A stretch of DNA of 64,000 nucleotides from Lytechinus pictus. Its lineage: Eukaryota. The position numbers and the translations under genes are program-made. The notes below the pieces were generated by a model, which worked only from the letters and a program-made list of their open reading frames with translations, had not been told where the DNA came from and searched no databases. Below, piece after piece: positions 38,582-51,800 of the stretch (within the stretch, counting starts at the first letter, position 1; every line of letters starts with the position of its first letter). The stretch covers positions 47,616,001 through 47,680,000 of the forward strand of contig NC_087247.1 of NCBI RefSeq assembly GCF_037042905.1, in the 5' to 3' direction.

Positions 38582-40210
38582 TCACACAAGTTTATGAAAA
38601 ACTGAAAATTTTTAGGATATGCCATGGTGGACATGTCTGCCAAGTTTCAGTGGTCGGTAAGATCCTGACCCAGGCTCTATAATATACCAAATGCACACAA
38701 GTAGGTTTTCATTCTTATTTTTCAGATATGTTTTATGCTATTGCTAGTATACATTTGTAAGTTTGGTAAGAATTTAAGTTATAAATTTAAGAATCTAAAT
38801 TTCAATTTTTGATTGTTGGAAATTCAGTTCCATATTGCTATGAAAATGTCAGAAATATTTTAAGCATTCACTTTGCCTTTGAAGCACATGGAACATAATG
38901 AAACAAGCCCTGATTTAATTAAAAAAAGACATTTACTAACCACACCCAGTAGCACCAGCATACATAAATCTAAATATATAATAGTACTTTCAAATCTTCT
39001 TTACTCCATAGTGAAAACAGAATAAAGCTAAGCCTAATTAAAAAAAAAATGACTGATCATTCTACTTGCATTTTTTTCATTAGAACATATAATTGCACAA
39101 ACGTTAAAAAAAATGATATATAATACTACTTGGTAACTTGGTAATCAGTATCAGTTATTAAGATTGCCCCTCTTATGGAAAACACAGAATCTGACTTTTT
39201 GATTACCAACCTTTTTCATGTTACACATTCAGATTAAAAAAAAAGAGCAATATTTGCACCATTTGCAGGTTTTGTTTAATGAACAACTATCATCCCTCAT
39301 TTACATTACAATGTGATTTCCCTATGATTAAAACTATAACCCCTTTTGAGTTTAAGTTATATATCTTTTTGTTAAAATATATATCTGAAGTTGTGCTCAC
39401 TGAACCATAAAAGAGGTGAAAGGTTTGAGAAGAGGTGTAACACAGGTCATTGATAGATGAACAAAAACATCACACAGAATTTGTCAAAATCCACTAACAC
39501 AAATACCCCTGTTCACCCAAATGACTTGAAAAGTGATTGAAATACATGCTCACTCATGCCTGGTTTGATGGATCAATATCATTTTCAAATGGGCGTACTC
39601 AACAAGTGTTTGATCTCTCCTGAAATAATTTGCTCAAACCCTCTCCATATAGATCTGTTTAAAAAAAGGATGAGTTACCTTTTTGTTTTATAATCAATGT
39701 TATCTACAAAAAGAAATATAATACACATATCATATCTTACATTGGTTATTCAGATTCACAATCTTACAACTGAATTTTTTTTTACTAATTCATTCTGATA
39801 CATATGTCGCCTGATCTTTAGGGATCCAACTTACAATTTATCCTAAATTTCACAGATTTATGAAATGTCACTGAAAATAAAGGAAACATGATTTCTTGGG
39901 ATATCAGTATTCATATTGATTACAAAAATTTACAGATGGGATAGTACTTACAAGTTTAGTAGATTCATTCTCAACAAGAATTTTTTATACATTAAAAAAA
40001 ATGTTTATATCCCTGAGATATTGTAATTCGATACTAAACTGAAACCTGTGTATTATGTACTATTTCTCATAAAACTAGTCAAAATAATGCAGATCCCATG
40101 ATAAATTGTGCTTTTTCCCCATAATTGTGCTTTATACCATTGTCCATTTCAGATGGAATGTAAAAGGAACATAACATCTACAGTAGAAAATGGAAAATGA
40201 AAGAACTATA

Positions 40211-41547
40211 CAGTGCATATAAAAAAGGGACAGTTTTGAAAAGTCTATCAAAATTTTGTTTCAAATTATGATGTCTATATTTTTATGTTAAAAGATGCTC
40301 TATGGTGTTATCTTTCAAATGCCACTATAAAACTTGAGTTTCGTTCATGCTTGAGCGAACATGAAACATTTTTGTCGGGTTCAAAAAAAGGCTTGCGCCA
40401 AATGGCATAAAATATTGATCATCAGACTTCTCGCAAATTGCTTATTCATTGTTCTGTTGGAAATAAATCTGAATCTCATCAGCAAACCTCCTTTTAATCT
40501 TTTCATTATCTTTGCCATAATTTCGAATTCTATTCATTTTGAAATCTATTCATTTACTTGAATTTTTCTGTTTTTTTTAATATGGTATCTTTCCGCAGTG
40601 ATTTTTGTTATAAGTAAAAGCTAAAGAATTGTCGACCCAAATGCGCATTATTAATAGGAGAGCTTGTTATTTAATCAAATATTTTAATTATGTGCTGCAA
40701 AGGCTATGGTGCCTTTGAAAGACATGAATCCTTCCGTTAGTATTAACATTGTCCTGTCGAGCACACAATTGAACTTGTTCAAGAAATCAATGTCCCATTG
40801 ACAATAGGATTCATGCCTTTTAAAGGCACCATAACCTTTGTTGCACATAATAATAGAATATGCATAAATTACAAGCTTTCCACATTAATAATGGAAATCT
40901 CCTTGCTTAAGTTGACAAAAAAGTTATTTTTTTCTTACTTATCAAATAATATTCAATGCTAAAAAATGACATTTAAATGAAACAAGGTGGTTTGCGAACC
41001 ATGAGTCTCGCCTGATTTTGCGATAATTAAAATATGCAATATAATATTTTGACCCCTAGATGACCTTCGACCCCATCATCTTCATGGATACACATACAGT
41101 ATTACCCAAGGATCATATGTACTAAGTATGAACATGATTGATGCAGAAATTAACAAATGAGAGCAAGTTGAACAAAAAAGGATGGACATGACCAAATATA
41201 ATTTGACCTTCAACCTCATCATCCTCAGACATATTACTCAAGGATCGTATTTACCAAGTATGAACATAATTTATGCAGAAATTAAGAAATGAGAACAAGT
41301 TGAATAAAAACTAGCAAGAAGTCTCGTGATCAATATTTTCTTATTTTATGCCATTTGGCGCAAGCCTTTTTTTGAACCCCTGACAAAAACGTTTCGTGTT
41401 TGCTCAAGCATGAGCGAAACTCATTTTTTTTAATGGCATTTGAAAAATAAGACATGAGAGCATCTATCAACATCAAAATATAGACATAATAATTTGAAAC
41501 AAAATTTTGATAGACTTCAAAATCGTCCCGTTTTTTTATACGCACTG
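40211..41547. mobile_element. Tc1/mariner-type foldback MITE with nested Helentron fragment (~40980-41310)
   Basis: TA|CAGTGC...GCACTG|TA, ~220-bp TIRs and an inner palindrome at 40660-40890. The insert begins aaacaagg...gtctcgcctg. Confidence 0.85.
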
Positions 41548-42715
41548 TATAGCTCGAACCTACCTTTACAAAAATGGAACATTTTCTTTAACTCTGCAAC
41601 TGATCGTAATTTCTGGGTAGTGTGAGGTAAGTAAACTTGACCCCATACCACTACCAGTATGACATCAACAGACAATAGACCATATAACACAGTACTTATC
41701 CAAAAATTTTCACTGAGGAGATGTCCAGTTTAAAAAAGATGTAAAGTAAGTTGGGATACCAGTAGGGGTGATCAATTGGTGATAATTTCTCCACTGACTT
41801 GCACTGATCCATATGATGCAAGGCTTCTTCATGTAAATTGCAGGTTGGACCCTCTTGGAATTTTTATGATTATTTCTTATTTTTTCATTTAGCAAGGTGT
41901 TTCAAATAAATTTTCTCTCTCATAATGGAGAAACCATATACAGGGATGCCTGTCAATTGTACTCCAAACTGACAAACAGAACATGTTTAAGCCTCATTGG
42001 GGCTGTACAATATAAAGGCCTGAAATGTGAAGTTGTCATTGCTTGTAATAAGGCAAAAAGTTGAAGAATAACTTCTCAGCATCATATCTTTAGTCAGTTA
42101 AGACAATTTTGATAGCAGGGTAATCCCACAGGGCCCATTTTTTACCTAAACTTTCATAATATACATGCATTTTTTTTTATTTCTTGCCTTCTCTTTCTTG
42201 ATTACCTAAACTCTTTTATTGAACTTGTATTCATGACATTGTGGTTTCTAAAATGGTAACAGCATAACCAGAAAATAGAGCCTTTGTGTTTTTGGAAGAA
42301 TTATGCCATAAAATGTCTTACCATGGTGCAATTCTTGTTTTTATAAGCTTAATTTAATCAAAGTATGAGTTTCTTTTTCTACTTTAAATATGAAATGAGG
42401 TGATTGTTTTTCTCACGTTGACTTTCCCAGCATTTCCCATCATAATCAATTGAGATATGAATGGGTATGACTTCCGATGATCAATGTCGGCATTTGTACC
42501 ATTTACAGGTGATATGAATTGCATTGTCAATTGTTACCTTTTATAGATACAGTATTACCTACAATGGCAAAGTTACCATTATCGTTAAAGTTTATATAAA
42601 ACTGGCTTCTGAGGTTTTTTTTTTCTTCTAAAATACTTGTATGAACAAAGTCTGTTGAGCAATTTGACCGTTGCTGACTTGGTACTATCCAGCGTAAGGA
42701 ACTTAACTCTTAAGA

Positions 42716-42878
42716 CTATGAAGCTGCTCCGGGAATGTTGATGTAAGTATCCGTTTTCTCCTGATCACCTGTGTCTTCTTGCTTGACCATCAGGATACCA
42801 TCTAGGTTGTCCACCAGCAGGCAGAAGCTTGGACGGTCAATGGGACTTACTGACCAGCAACTCAACATCACCTCATAC
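42716..42878 (-). CDS. MET: MET-like terminal exon (kinase XI and C-tail)
   Basis: YEVMLSCW...RPSF...[10 protein letters not shown]. Confidence 0.94.
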
Positions 42879-45800
42879 CTGTGAGGGAAAATCACATTCA
42901 AGAATAGATAGATGATTCTACTTTATCTCATCAATCAGTGACCACACCAAATGTGACTGGCCTGCTAAACAAAAATGCTATGTTGGCAAAATTCAGAGAG
43001 TAAATAGCTTGGAAAAAAAAACTTTGCAAGAATATGGGGTTTGTCTGAATTTAACAACATTTACTCATATAACTACTTATTCAGTGATTATGAATATCAC
43101 AGTGATTAAAATAGAAGAAACATGGTATGAGTTTTGAGGATCATCCAAGCAAGACAAGTGTGCTTAATCATTAATGGACAAGATCTGCTAAAATGCGTAG
43201 AATACAGAAAACCTTAAGTGGTATTCTGAAAATGTTCTTATCTCTGTTATTACCTTTTCTTATCTCACCGAGCAAGGAAGACGCTAAAACATTCAGAATA
43301 CCACATGCAGAATATGTACTTATCCTTTTAGTGTGCATTGGTATTATATATGCAAGTTATAGATTTACGCGCTCAGCATAGGTTGTAAAAAGACAAATGA
43401 TAGGAGAAGGATAAGAATGTCTTTAAAATACCAATTTGAGATCATGATATAGATATGAACTGTTTTCAAAATACCACCCCTAGTCTTAAAGAAATTATTT
43501 TATCTTCTTTTTTCCCAAAACTTTTAACTTTGAGGGTACTTATGCTTTTAATTGAATAATGATAATTACACTGGATTGCTCTTCTTCATGGGATAACAGA
43601 AATGTTCAACTTGTTAGGTCCAATATTGCAGTCATCTCTGATTTATGCAACATTGTCTTTGGTGTTCAGAATGGCACCCAATTATGAACTATCGAATATA
43701 AAATGATTGTTGCCATGATTTCTATAATTACAAATGAATGTAAAGACTTGTTGTTCTTGTACTCACACATGGTCCGGGCAATGCTCAGGTTGAGAAAGCC
43801 GTCGACCACCATGAAGGTATTTTAAGATGTCCACATTGTCAATGGCAGGGTATGGCACCACTCCTCTGGTTAACAACTCCCACATTACAACACCAAAGGA
43901 CCACTATAAAACAAAGGTTAGAAGTAAATATGACAATAGGGTGATCAAACCAAGAAATATAACAGTTTAAAATGCTAGCATACAAAATCAAGAAAAGTTT
44001 ACATTAACCGGTGTGTTGGCTCAGTTGGTAGAGCATCTGTCTCACAACTGGGAGGTCGGGGGTTCAAACCCCGGCCGCGTCAGACCAAAGACGTTATTAA
44101 AGATGGGAGTTGCTGCTACCCTGTTTGGCGTTCAACTATAGAGCCTCGTTGATCTGGCGCTGCACAGCGGCTGCCGGGCCCACGATCAATTGGGCAAAGC
44201 AAATTTTTGGAGTATTTCATTTCATGTCTATTTTGAACAATAAAATATGGATTTTCATCATTAGCAAATTAAAAAGTGGATTGTGACAAAAACCTATGCA
44301 GGGCAACTTGCCTTGAATAAAATAAATATCATTAATATGTTTTTTTCCTGCAGGCTTCTACTTGTTCAAAAATATAACTAAAATTATAATAATAATCATA
44401 AAAGTATTTGTTCTCTGTCTACTGTAACTTGGACATATGTTTATTAAGTATGAGGAAAATGTGTAATTCCTAAATCAACAGGCTCACTTACCACGTCTGT
44501 CCTGGTGTTATAGATGTTTCTCTCCAAACACTCCATAGCCATCCATCTAACAGGCAGTTTAGCTGTCCTGTCCTTAGCACTGTAGTAGTCCCTCTCATAG
44601 ATATCCCTGGACAGTCCAAAGTCTGCTACCTTGACCACCATGTCTTCATCCAACATACAGTTACGTGCAGCTAGATCACGGTGGACGAACTTGAGACCAG
44701 ACAGGTACATCATCCCTTCTGCGATCTGACGACAGAACTCAAGCAGCTGTCTAGCTGTCAACTCCTGTCAAGAGTAAAAATTTGTCCTTGTTAATTTCTT
44801 TCCTCTTTCGGTATCTGACATTTGCTCCTGCAACAGTTTCACAAGTCTTAACCCCTCAGATACATAGGATTAGGGTTATGAAATAGTTTTGGTTCAGGAA
44901 AGTGTGGCGATTGTGTGGTGTGGTGAAATTTGGGATGAGGTTTAGGTTTGGCTTTGATATACAGGTTTTCTACTGGAGCTATTGTTGCTGAAGGAAGTAT
45001 CATGGAATCTCCTCTTCTTATTTTCCATATACTTCCTGTCTATTCTTCTTTATTATTAGTTTTATTGTGCACCGCCCCTGTCTGGTGATTTCTACCTGTA
45101 TATATGTAGTTATGCTCTTGGGGGAAGAAATATCTACATTTTATTTTATTTTATCATAGAGCATTTTTTATCCTCTTATGGGAGAATCTAAGACAAATTT
45201 GCTGGAGCTGAATAGCACTTGACCTGATCAAAAAATCAATCTTTGACCTAAAAAACCAAGACAAACTTATATGATAAACAAACAAACACAAAAAGTCCCA
45301 ATCACTTTTGCATACATGTATATAAGGCCTCATTCAGAATTGGTGCGAAAAAGCTCAGCAACATTTGATGTACACAGTCAATAGGATATTAGGCATAAAA
45401 AAAAATCTGCCTGCACATCAACTCATGACATCAAAAATCATGGCTCATTCCATCGTAATAAACTCAATAAGATGTAGTATAACATGGCTTATGAGATGTC
45501 ATGAATTTGTCGGCACGATTGAAGCTTGTATATTATCATATGTGATTTTTCTCATTTTGTCTGTTCACTTTTTAAAAAGAAATTTGCTGAGCTTTATCTT
45601 ATGAGGAGATCATGATGACTTACATTAGAGGGATCCCGGACAAACGTCAAGATGTCACCGTTCTTCATGAAAGGGAGGATGACATAAGGCATGTTGGTAT
45701 CACTGATGATACAGACCCCTATAAGAGCCAACACATTGCGATGTTTGAAGTCCTTCATCATGATCCCTTCACGAAGGAAGTTACTGATCTCATTGAGAGT

Positions 45801-48800
45801 ACCTTGGTGAAGAGACTTAACAGCCACCTGCTGCTCTTCACCATCTTGATGAAGCTTACCAGCAAACACACAACCAAAGTGACCTATGGGATAAACACAT
45901 CAACAATGAGAATCTTGGATAGAAAACCATTCATAAAGCAAGTTTCATTTAAAAAAATTAAGGACAGAAAAGCAAAAGGTTTCAAAGTTAATGGAGCTAT
46001 GGACTATGCTGACAATTAAAATAGAAATGGCAGATAACATACCAGTTGATACAAAATTGAATACTTAAAAAACACTCTTTAGTGAGCAAATAATGGGTCA
46101 TAGCTGTGCATACACACATATCAAAATAATGAACAACGTTGTAGCTTTCTTCTTTTTCATTGAAATTTGTAGGCACTGAGAAACAAAAACATTTTATAAA
46201 AGGCAAAATGTATGATATGACCATCACGATGATGCAAAATTATCTGGAATTATGAGAAAGAGATATAACCAAATCACCATACCTTGGCCCAAAACCTTTC
46301 CCAGAGCAATCTTCTCTTCATGTATCAAGACTTGACTAATCTCTGCAGCTAACTCATTATTTATCTGCTCCAGTAGAGGGGCATGGGTGAGAGGCATTGC
46401 TCCATTAGCTGGGGTACCAGGGTTAGTCAAGTATGCTGCAAGGAAAATTTAGAAGATGATTACATCTTTGACTGACATTGATCGGAAACTGATCTAAAAG
46501 GCTCAAATCATCTGCCTTTAACATAAAGATATGAATACAGAATTATCTGATGATCAACTCGTGATTTACACAGAATTTTCTGAAAAAGTGTTTTGACCTA
46601 CAGTATGCTCGGAAAATTCACCCCTGTTTTTTTTTCCAGATGCAATACCATACTGATTTGTAGTTTGGGGGCAAGACTGCTTTATATTAAGCTACTTGTT
46701 CAAACTGATTTAAAAATACAAACAAATAATATCTCATTGTACCTTTGTGAGAAGCAGATATGTCATATTTTCTTTATTAGATCACGTATCAGGTTCTTAA
46801 AGTGTTGTGAGAGCATAGCTTACAACAGAAGAGTGTACTTTATTGATCTTTGCAAGACAATATTGTGCACTCCACACTAATCACATTTATCAATCTGCAA
46901 TAGAAATCTTTCATCAAGCTAACCCCATTGCCTTTGAACATACAGCAATGTGGTATCAAACAGGCACATATATGCATTCCATAAGGGCACTCAATTAAAC
47001 TGGTAATAAGAAATCCATGAATGCAAATTCATTCCTAAAAGCAATGCTACCTGCATATGATCATTGTTTTAAAAGAAAGAATTCTAACAATTGACACAGA
47101 TTGACTAACAAACCCACACCCTCATGTGATTTTCATGCACACATCTAAAATATGAAAACCATGAACAGAGATTGGAACACCGCCACTGTCATCATTCCAA
47201 TTAGTCCTACTTACTGTTATTCCTATGCAAACCCTGGCCACCTTGCAAACGGACCTCCTCTGTCCCTGACATCTGATTGAAAGCCACATGTGCGTCATCG
47301 ATGGGTAATCTCTCTCCTCTCTTGGATTTCTTGTACCTCCTGATGCCAATCACAATGATGAGAATAATAACAGCAAGCAGGATCAGGGTGCTGATGATGA
47401 TGATCGCTACTGGAGTCTTACCTATACCCTGTGGAGGGGGCACTTGAAGGAGGCCAACGCTGTATGCCTCTTTGTTTCCCACTGTAACCTTCAGGGCATT
47501 ACACATCAAAGAACATGAGAAATGCTTGTAAATGCTATCACTTGTTACTCTCTAAAACATGCAGTTTATAACAATTATGGATCCAGGATTCAATAATAAG
47601 CAGCATAACGTATCTAATCATTGAACACATTTATCTCTCAAATGATGATAGGACTTGAATAGGTCAGGATAGCAGCTACACAAGGAAATAAACTAATATA
47701 TTCATTATGCCACTGCAATTGAACCTACATATTCACAAATATGAAAAAACAATTTAGTTTTTTTTTTATAATATAGCACTCCTAATATCTCGTGCTGTGT
47801 CATTAAAGTTAGAATCGATGGAGAGTTTCTACCAAAAAAATGGGGAAACTTCTGAAATTAAGTTATTTGACTGGAGCAAATTTACAAAAGAATCATATGA
47901 TTTGTTATCAATTAAAAAGAAATCATGAAACAGGGCCATATGATATCACAACATAGTCAAGGTTTCACCAATAAAGATAAACAATCAACATACCTTGACT
48001 TCATATATACCAGATCCATCGCCTGATTTATAAAGAGAGGAAGGAATCTGGCATGCTATGTAAGTGGATTCTAACTCTTCAATAGCACAAGGATAAGAGC
48101 CGATCATGACTGAAACATCTTCCTTTCGGCTAACAAGGTCTAAATATTCACCCTTTAAAAAGATTGAAAAAAAATACATTTAAGTATAAAGTCATTAATG
48201 AATAGAACAATGATAATCAGTCTTTGAGTATAGATATGATCTCTCTCAATTCAAGATGGACGAAGATTATTAAAAAATTCAATTCAATTAAAAATGGTCT
48301 TTATTGATGATCACACATGTTTGTAACTGTCACACATGAAAAAACAGCAGGAACTGGAAAATTCAGGTTTACAAGTTTGTATTAGCACAATAAATTTCAT
48401 ATAAGTAGTAACAAAATGTAGAAAAATGCATTCAAAAGGCTATACATTAAAAAAGCTACATGTAATGCAATTTTAGGTTAAGCATAAAAGACAATGAATG
48501 CAACATGACATAAATGGTATATTTATTATTTAATAATGACTGAGTTGAAGGAGAGGAGAAGCTGAATATCAATGGCATTGGGCCAAATTAAAAAAAGTTA
48601 GTTAATGGATGAACTATCAACCATGAACCAAATCTTAGAAAAAATGTTTTAGAAAAGTCTGCAAGCACCTCAAAAATATCTCACACCTGGGCGACTAAGA
48701 GCCAAGTTCAAAATACTCACATGAATGATAACAGAAGTGGAATCAGGTTCCAACTTGTACACGTGCTCATCAAATCTATCAAGAATAGGATCAGGATAGT

Positions 48801-51800
48801 AGAGAATCTCCCACATTGGCAGTTCAATCTGACCATCTTGGGACATGGGCACCAGGACAATCTTGTTGAACTTGATGGTGACATTGGCAATGAAAGGCTG
48901 ACTTGGAGTGGGGTTTATCCCAGCATCACTCAAGTCTGGAGTGGTACAGGTAAGACTGTTCTCGGTCACACCACTTGGTATGGTATTGTCAAATGGGTGC
49001 CATGGCACAGTGCATCCCTAGAATGTACAAAATAAAAGCAAAATGATGGTTTAGGACTTTATTTAGATTAGATCATTTTGAGGAGAAAGTATAAAGACAA
49101 ATATTCTGTTAGTTATTCAAATTCTGTTTCCTTAGTGCAATAGCAGTAGATGCTTCTCTGATAAAATGGTATTAAGTTCTGGAAATTGAAATTACAGCTT
49201 ACAGAATTGTACAGTTATTCATTGATGTTGAAAGGACACTTCAGGAGTTATTAATAGACAATAAAGCTTTGCTCAGATAAGAGGTCTGCAACATATTCTT
49301 TAGTATATCTTGCAGGTGTAGACAAATTGTCCCATTTTAATGCACATGCAATAAAAGCCCCTCCCAAACAACACTGTCCAAAGTTGTGAATACATACTCA
49401 TAAAATCAGAATTATTTCATTACGAAAAATCTCCCTTGTTTTTTTTTATATTATACAGGTATCCTATCTCATCACCTTTGCAAACAAAATGTTACTCAAA
49501 GAGCTTTGTATCTTTGTGGCATGCTGTCTAAAGAGAAATAATAAGGAATGTCTATATTTGACCAACCTGTGATTTGACCACCCGATGGCCAGAGTCAGTT
49601 AAGGCAGAAACCTCTAACTGAACATGCTGACCAAGATGTAGATTAAAACCCCAGATCTGGAGATTGTTGCCTCCACTACTCATCAGAACATATATATATG
49701 ACAGAGGTCAGGTGCAGGAGAGGAAGGCCAAAGGTCACACATTTGGTAGAAGGTGCAAGCAGAATAAGTCCAAGTATATATCCACAAGCATACAGGAAAG
49801 GAAGGAAAGTATAAACACATGACATCAACAGATACAGGATGTACACAGACACAATACCACTGCTGGACTTTAAACACTATTTCAAATATTATAAGCAAGC
49901 GTAGACATATACACACATGTGATGTGCAAAGTTCACAAGAGAAGCAGAGGAATACATGTACATTTATATATCAAATGTCAAGTCCACCCCAGGAAACTGT
50001 TGATTTGAATCAATAGAGAAATATCTAACAAGATAACGCTTAAAATTTCATTGAAATTGGATGTAAAATAAGAAAGCTATGGCATTTTTGAAGTTTTGCT
50101 TATTTTTCACAAAACAGTTTTGATGCACAACTGACATGCAAATGAGAGTCACTGATGTCCATCACTCACTATTTCTTTTGTTTTTATTGTTTTGATTATA
50201 CAAAATTTCAAATTTTCATTTGCATACCGACCTGGATGTGCATATAACTGTTTTGTAAAATTAAACGAAACTTAAAAATGTCATAACTTTCTTATTTTAC
50301 ACCCGATTTTGATGAAATTTTCAGTGGTTTGCTTCTTTCGTTTTTCTCTTTTTATTCAAATCAACTTTTTGTTGGGGTGGACTTGTCCTTTAAATAGTTC
50401 ATGATGAACACACCAATATTCGCAAACTTAAGTTACACTTAAGAATATATGGGATAACATAAAGACACTCATGAAAAAAAGAGAAGTAATTAAAAAAAAA
50501 CCTTGAAAATTCTTAACTTATCCATCTGTGCCATAGGTTTGAAATGAAATTGAAATTGAACTGTATATCCGATGTTAGACATTTTAATTTAACAGCAATT
50601 TTTCAGGATTTTTACAAAAACTGGATGGTTTAGATAATGATTCATTCATGGATGGATGGCCATATTGAGATACTGGCTTGCACATTTTGTGTAATTACAT
50701 ATGGACATGGAGCAAAGATTACAACAAAAACAATGTTAAAGAATGAAATTTTAAAATATTCTGGCCCTCTCAATCTCTAAATCAATCTGCCTGACTAAAA
50801 TATTTGGTCACTGTGTCCTTGCCATGGACAAAATTCTTCTTCCTTTATAACAGTCAACTAGTATACATCCTGTCTAGTCCATTCATAACAAAAGGATCAG
50901 TTTATATTCATGGTTGACCAATAACCCTTTTATGACAATCAGGTGAAACAGGTAGAAACCTATTTCACAGAGTGCAAAATAACAAAGTCAGGTTTATGAA
51001 AACGTTACAGACTTATTCATTATGATTAAATAAGAGTTTATGGTAGGTCTATTATAGTGTGGATATTAAATATTTGGTTCTTTTCAGAAATAAGGAAAGT
51101 GAACAACTGCTTCAACAAGATATAAGCAACCACAAAAATGCATGATAAAATCTATTCAGCAAAGCTTGTCTTATCATGACAATTAGCATACTATTCACTC
51201 ATTTCAAAGATGGAACACTTTTAGCATCTTACCATGACTACCACAAAAAAGACACATGACAAAATGAAAAGGCGTTACATTGACCCTAAAACGTATAGCA
51301 TGATGCAACAGATTATATATTCAAAATCATAAAATATGAATATCATCTTACCTTAGGTAGCTCTTTGAAGGAGAGAAATGTGTGATGTATGGGTTCTCTG
51401 TGTAAATAAAATCTAATGTGCTGTTGAGTTGAAGTCTGTCTAGTTTGAGAACAACAGGACCTGATGTCAGCATACTGGAATTTCTTGTTATGCAATGAAT
51501 CTTCGTAGACGTCACGCTGAATTTGGCAAGAAATAAAAACCAAGAAAAAATTTGATTTGACAGTAATCAAGATGAAAATTTGCTTTTGCAAAATGAATTA
51601 TCAAACATTTTCTCTGTTTATTCACCATTTCAATATTAAAATTCATGGCTGAAATTAATATTTATGTACAAGCTTCATGGAGTTCAAACAAATAAGATAA
51701 AATGACATAATACCACATTCATTGACCATAAATGACATTTGAACGGTGACTTAAGACTCGTCAACTACACCCATGTCCACATTTCATTCACTCTATCCAT

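Noticed and set aside
44010-44082. tRNA genes at SINE heads (also 5355, 25321, 36240)
   Set aside because: A/B boxes are present but the cloverleaf stems are broken, and each continues into a SINE body.
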